DNA of 64,000 nt, taken from positions 1-64,000 of IMG/VR virus record IMGVR_UViG_3300045303_000182, one strand, 5' to 3'. This document shows positions 63,155 to 64,000 of this stretch, piece by piece. Each line of letters opens with the position of its first letter. The first letter of the stretch is position 1. Below the pieces are notes generated by a model, which was not told the origin of the DNA, did not search any database, and worked only from the letters and a program-made list of their open reading frames with translations. The DNA is from a virus. The position numbers and the translations under genes were made by a program.

Positions 63155-64000
63155 CAGCCAAGATCCCCGAACACAACCCAACGAGTGCTGCTGATCAGCT
63201 TCGCTGTGACAACACCGTTCTGTGCCCGAATCGCGAGCTTGCCGTCAGCCGAGACGATCGTCGCGCCCGACCCTGCTGCGAACGTCACCGTCTGAGTCGT
63301 ATCACGCATGTAGTGGTACTCAGACCCGACCACGATGCTGGTGTTGGCAGCCGTGCCCAGCGTGATGGTGACCGCTGAAGCAGTGGTCAGGTAGCAGAAG
63401 TCCCCAGCACCCGATGGTAGAGGCGAGATCGAAGCGGAGACCGAGGTGGTGACGGGCGCTCCCCCACCACGCTTTGCCCACACCAAGGCGTAAGAGCCAA
63501 CCGCGGCTGGCGCATTGGATGTGCAGGTCCACTCGGTATCAGCTTGCGCTGTTCCCTCGGACACGAACACCGTGGCGTTGGTAGCAGTCGATGAGGTCGC
63601 CATATCAGTAGCGCGCGTCCATGCCCCGTTGGCGACCACGTAAATGCCGTTCTGAGTCTGAGTGGTCTGATCCTTCACCAGGACACGGTTGCCAGACACC
63701 GCACTGACACCGTCAATGGTCTGCGCTCCGCTCAGCGACGCGATGTTGGCTGTGCTGGCGCACCGCACCGCCGCCTTCCACGACAGAGTGAGAGGAACAG
63801 CATCGACGTACCCCTTGTTGGCAGCGTCGGTGTCGTTGTTCGGGCTGGAGACGTTCCTGACGTAGTACCCGCCGAACGACACGTTGCCTGTCGGTACAGC
63901 CAGGGCGTTGAGCGGGATGGTCGAGTGGGCCGCAGCGTTGTGGGAGGCAGGATCGAGCGCACCTAGTTGCTGCCAGCCCGTCCACCCACTCGGTCCATCG
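63154..64000 (-). CDS. Tail fibre protein (5' end outside the window)
   Basis: Frame is open to the window edge; DAANKGYVD, WKAAVRCASTANI.LSG.QTIDGV...RVLVKDQT..QNGIY, C-terminal WVVFGDLG. Confidence 0.85.
   Translation of the reverse strand, partial: DGPSGWTGWQQLGALDPASHNAAAHSTIPLNALAVPTGNVSFGGYYVRNVSSPNNDTDAANKGYVDAVPLTLSWKAAVRCASTANIASLSGAQTIDGVSAVSGNRVLVKDQTTQTQNGIYVVANGAWTRATDMATSSTATNATVFVSEGTAQADTEWTCTSNAPAAVGSYALVWAKRGGGAPVTTSVSASISPLPSGAGDFCYLTTASAVTITLGTAANTSIVVGSEYHYMRDTTQTVTFAAGSGATIVSADGKLAIRAQNGVVTAKLISSTRWVVFGDLG

Larger units (their letters stand above)
1..64000. mobile_element. Segment of a contractile-tailed (myovirus-like) bacteriophage genome, probably actinobacterial host
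   Basis: Sheath, tube, baseplate J, gp25-like wedge, tape measure, endolysin and a phage-type replication module; tightly packed co-oriented genes with ATGA/TGATG overlaps; no host housekeeping operons. Confidence 0.95.

Noticed and set aside
1-64000. tRNA, rRNA, integrase or att sites
   Set aside because: None recognised by eye; intergenic gaps are mostly too short. A covariance-model scan would be needed to exclude small RNAs

Overview
This is a 64-kb, high-GC, densely coding segment of a tailed dsDNA phage with a contractile tail (myovirus-like). Its gene families and TAnnnT leaderless starts point to an actinobacterial-type host, but the host is inferred only. Almost all genes are on the minus strand. 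In transcription order (right to left) the segment contains: fibre, Trp-repeat and neck genes (64.0-52.7 kb); sheath, tube, chaperone, tape measure and baseplate genes (52.6-36.5 kb); a short plus-strand block (34.9-36.5 kb); a replication/recombination block (34.7-17.8 kb) with HTH initiator, DnaC-like loader, DnaB, primase, SNF2 helicase, SSB, family-A polymerase, RecA, Cas4-like exonuclease, two resolvase-like nucleases and SpoVS; a displaced spike-like gene, fibres and the lysis cassette (17.8-12.4 kb); and an accessory region (12.4-0 kb) with ParB-like, ART-like, GT2-like, HAD-like, TGT-like, MTase and GNAT-like proteins. I saw no capsid, portal, terminase, integrase, tRNA or CRISPR array. 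The most striking unexplained signal is the peptide motif RKRxIPR. It sits at the extreme N- or C-terminus of five unrelated proteins of the replication/recombination block, with a variant on SSB, and is written with different synonymous codons each time, which suggests a phage-specific tagging or docking system. Other highlights are a probable +1 (UUU-CGU) chaperone frameshift, a spike gene about 25 kb from its baseplate partners, several enzymes with replaced catalytic residues, a decoration module shared by the sheath and a repeat protein, and about 10 apparent leaderless promoters. All family calls come from reading motifs by eye, not from database searches.
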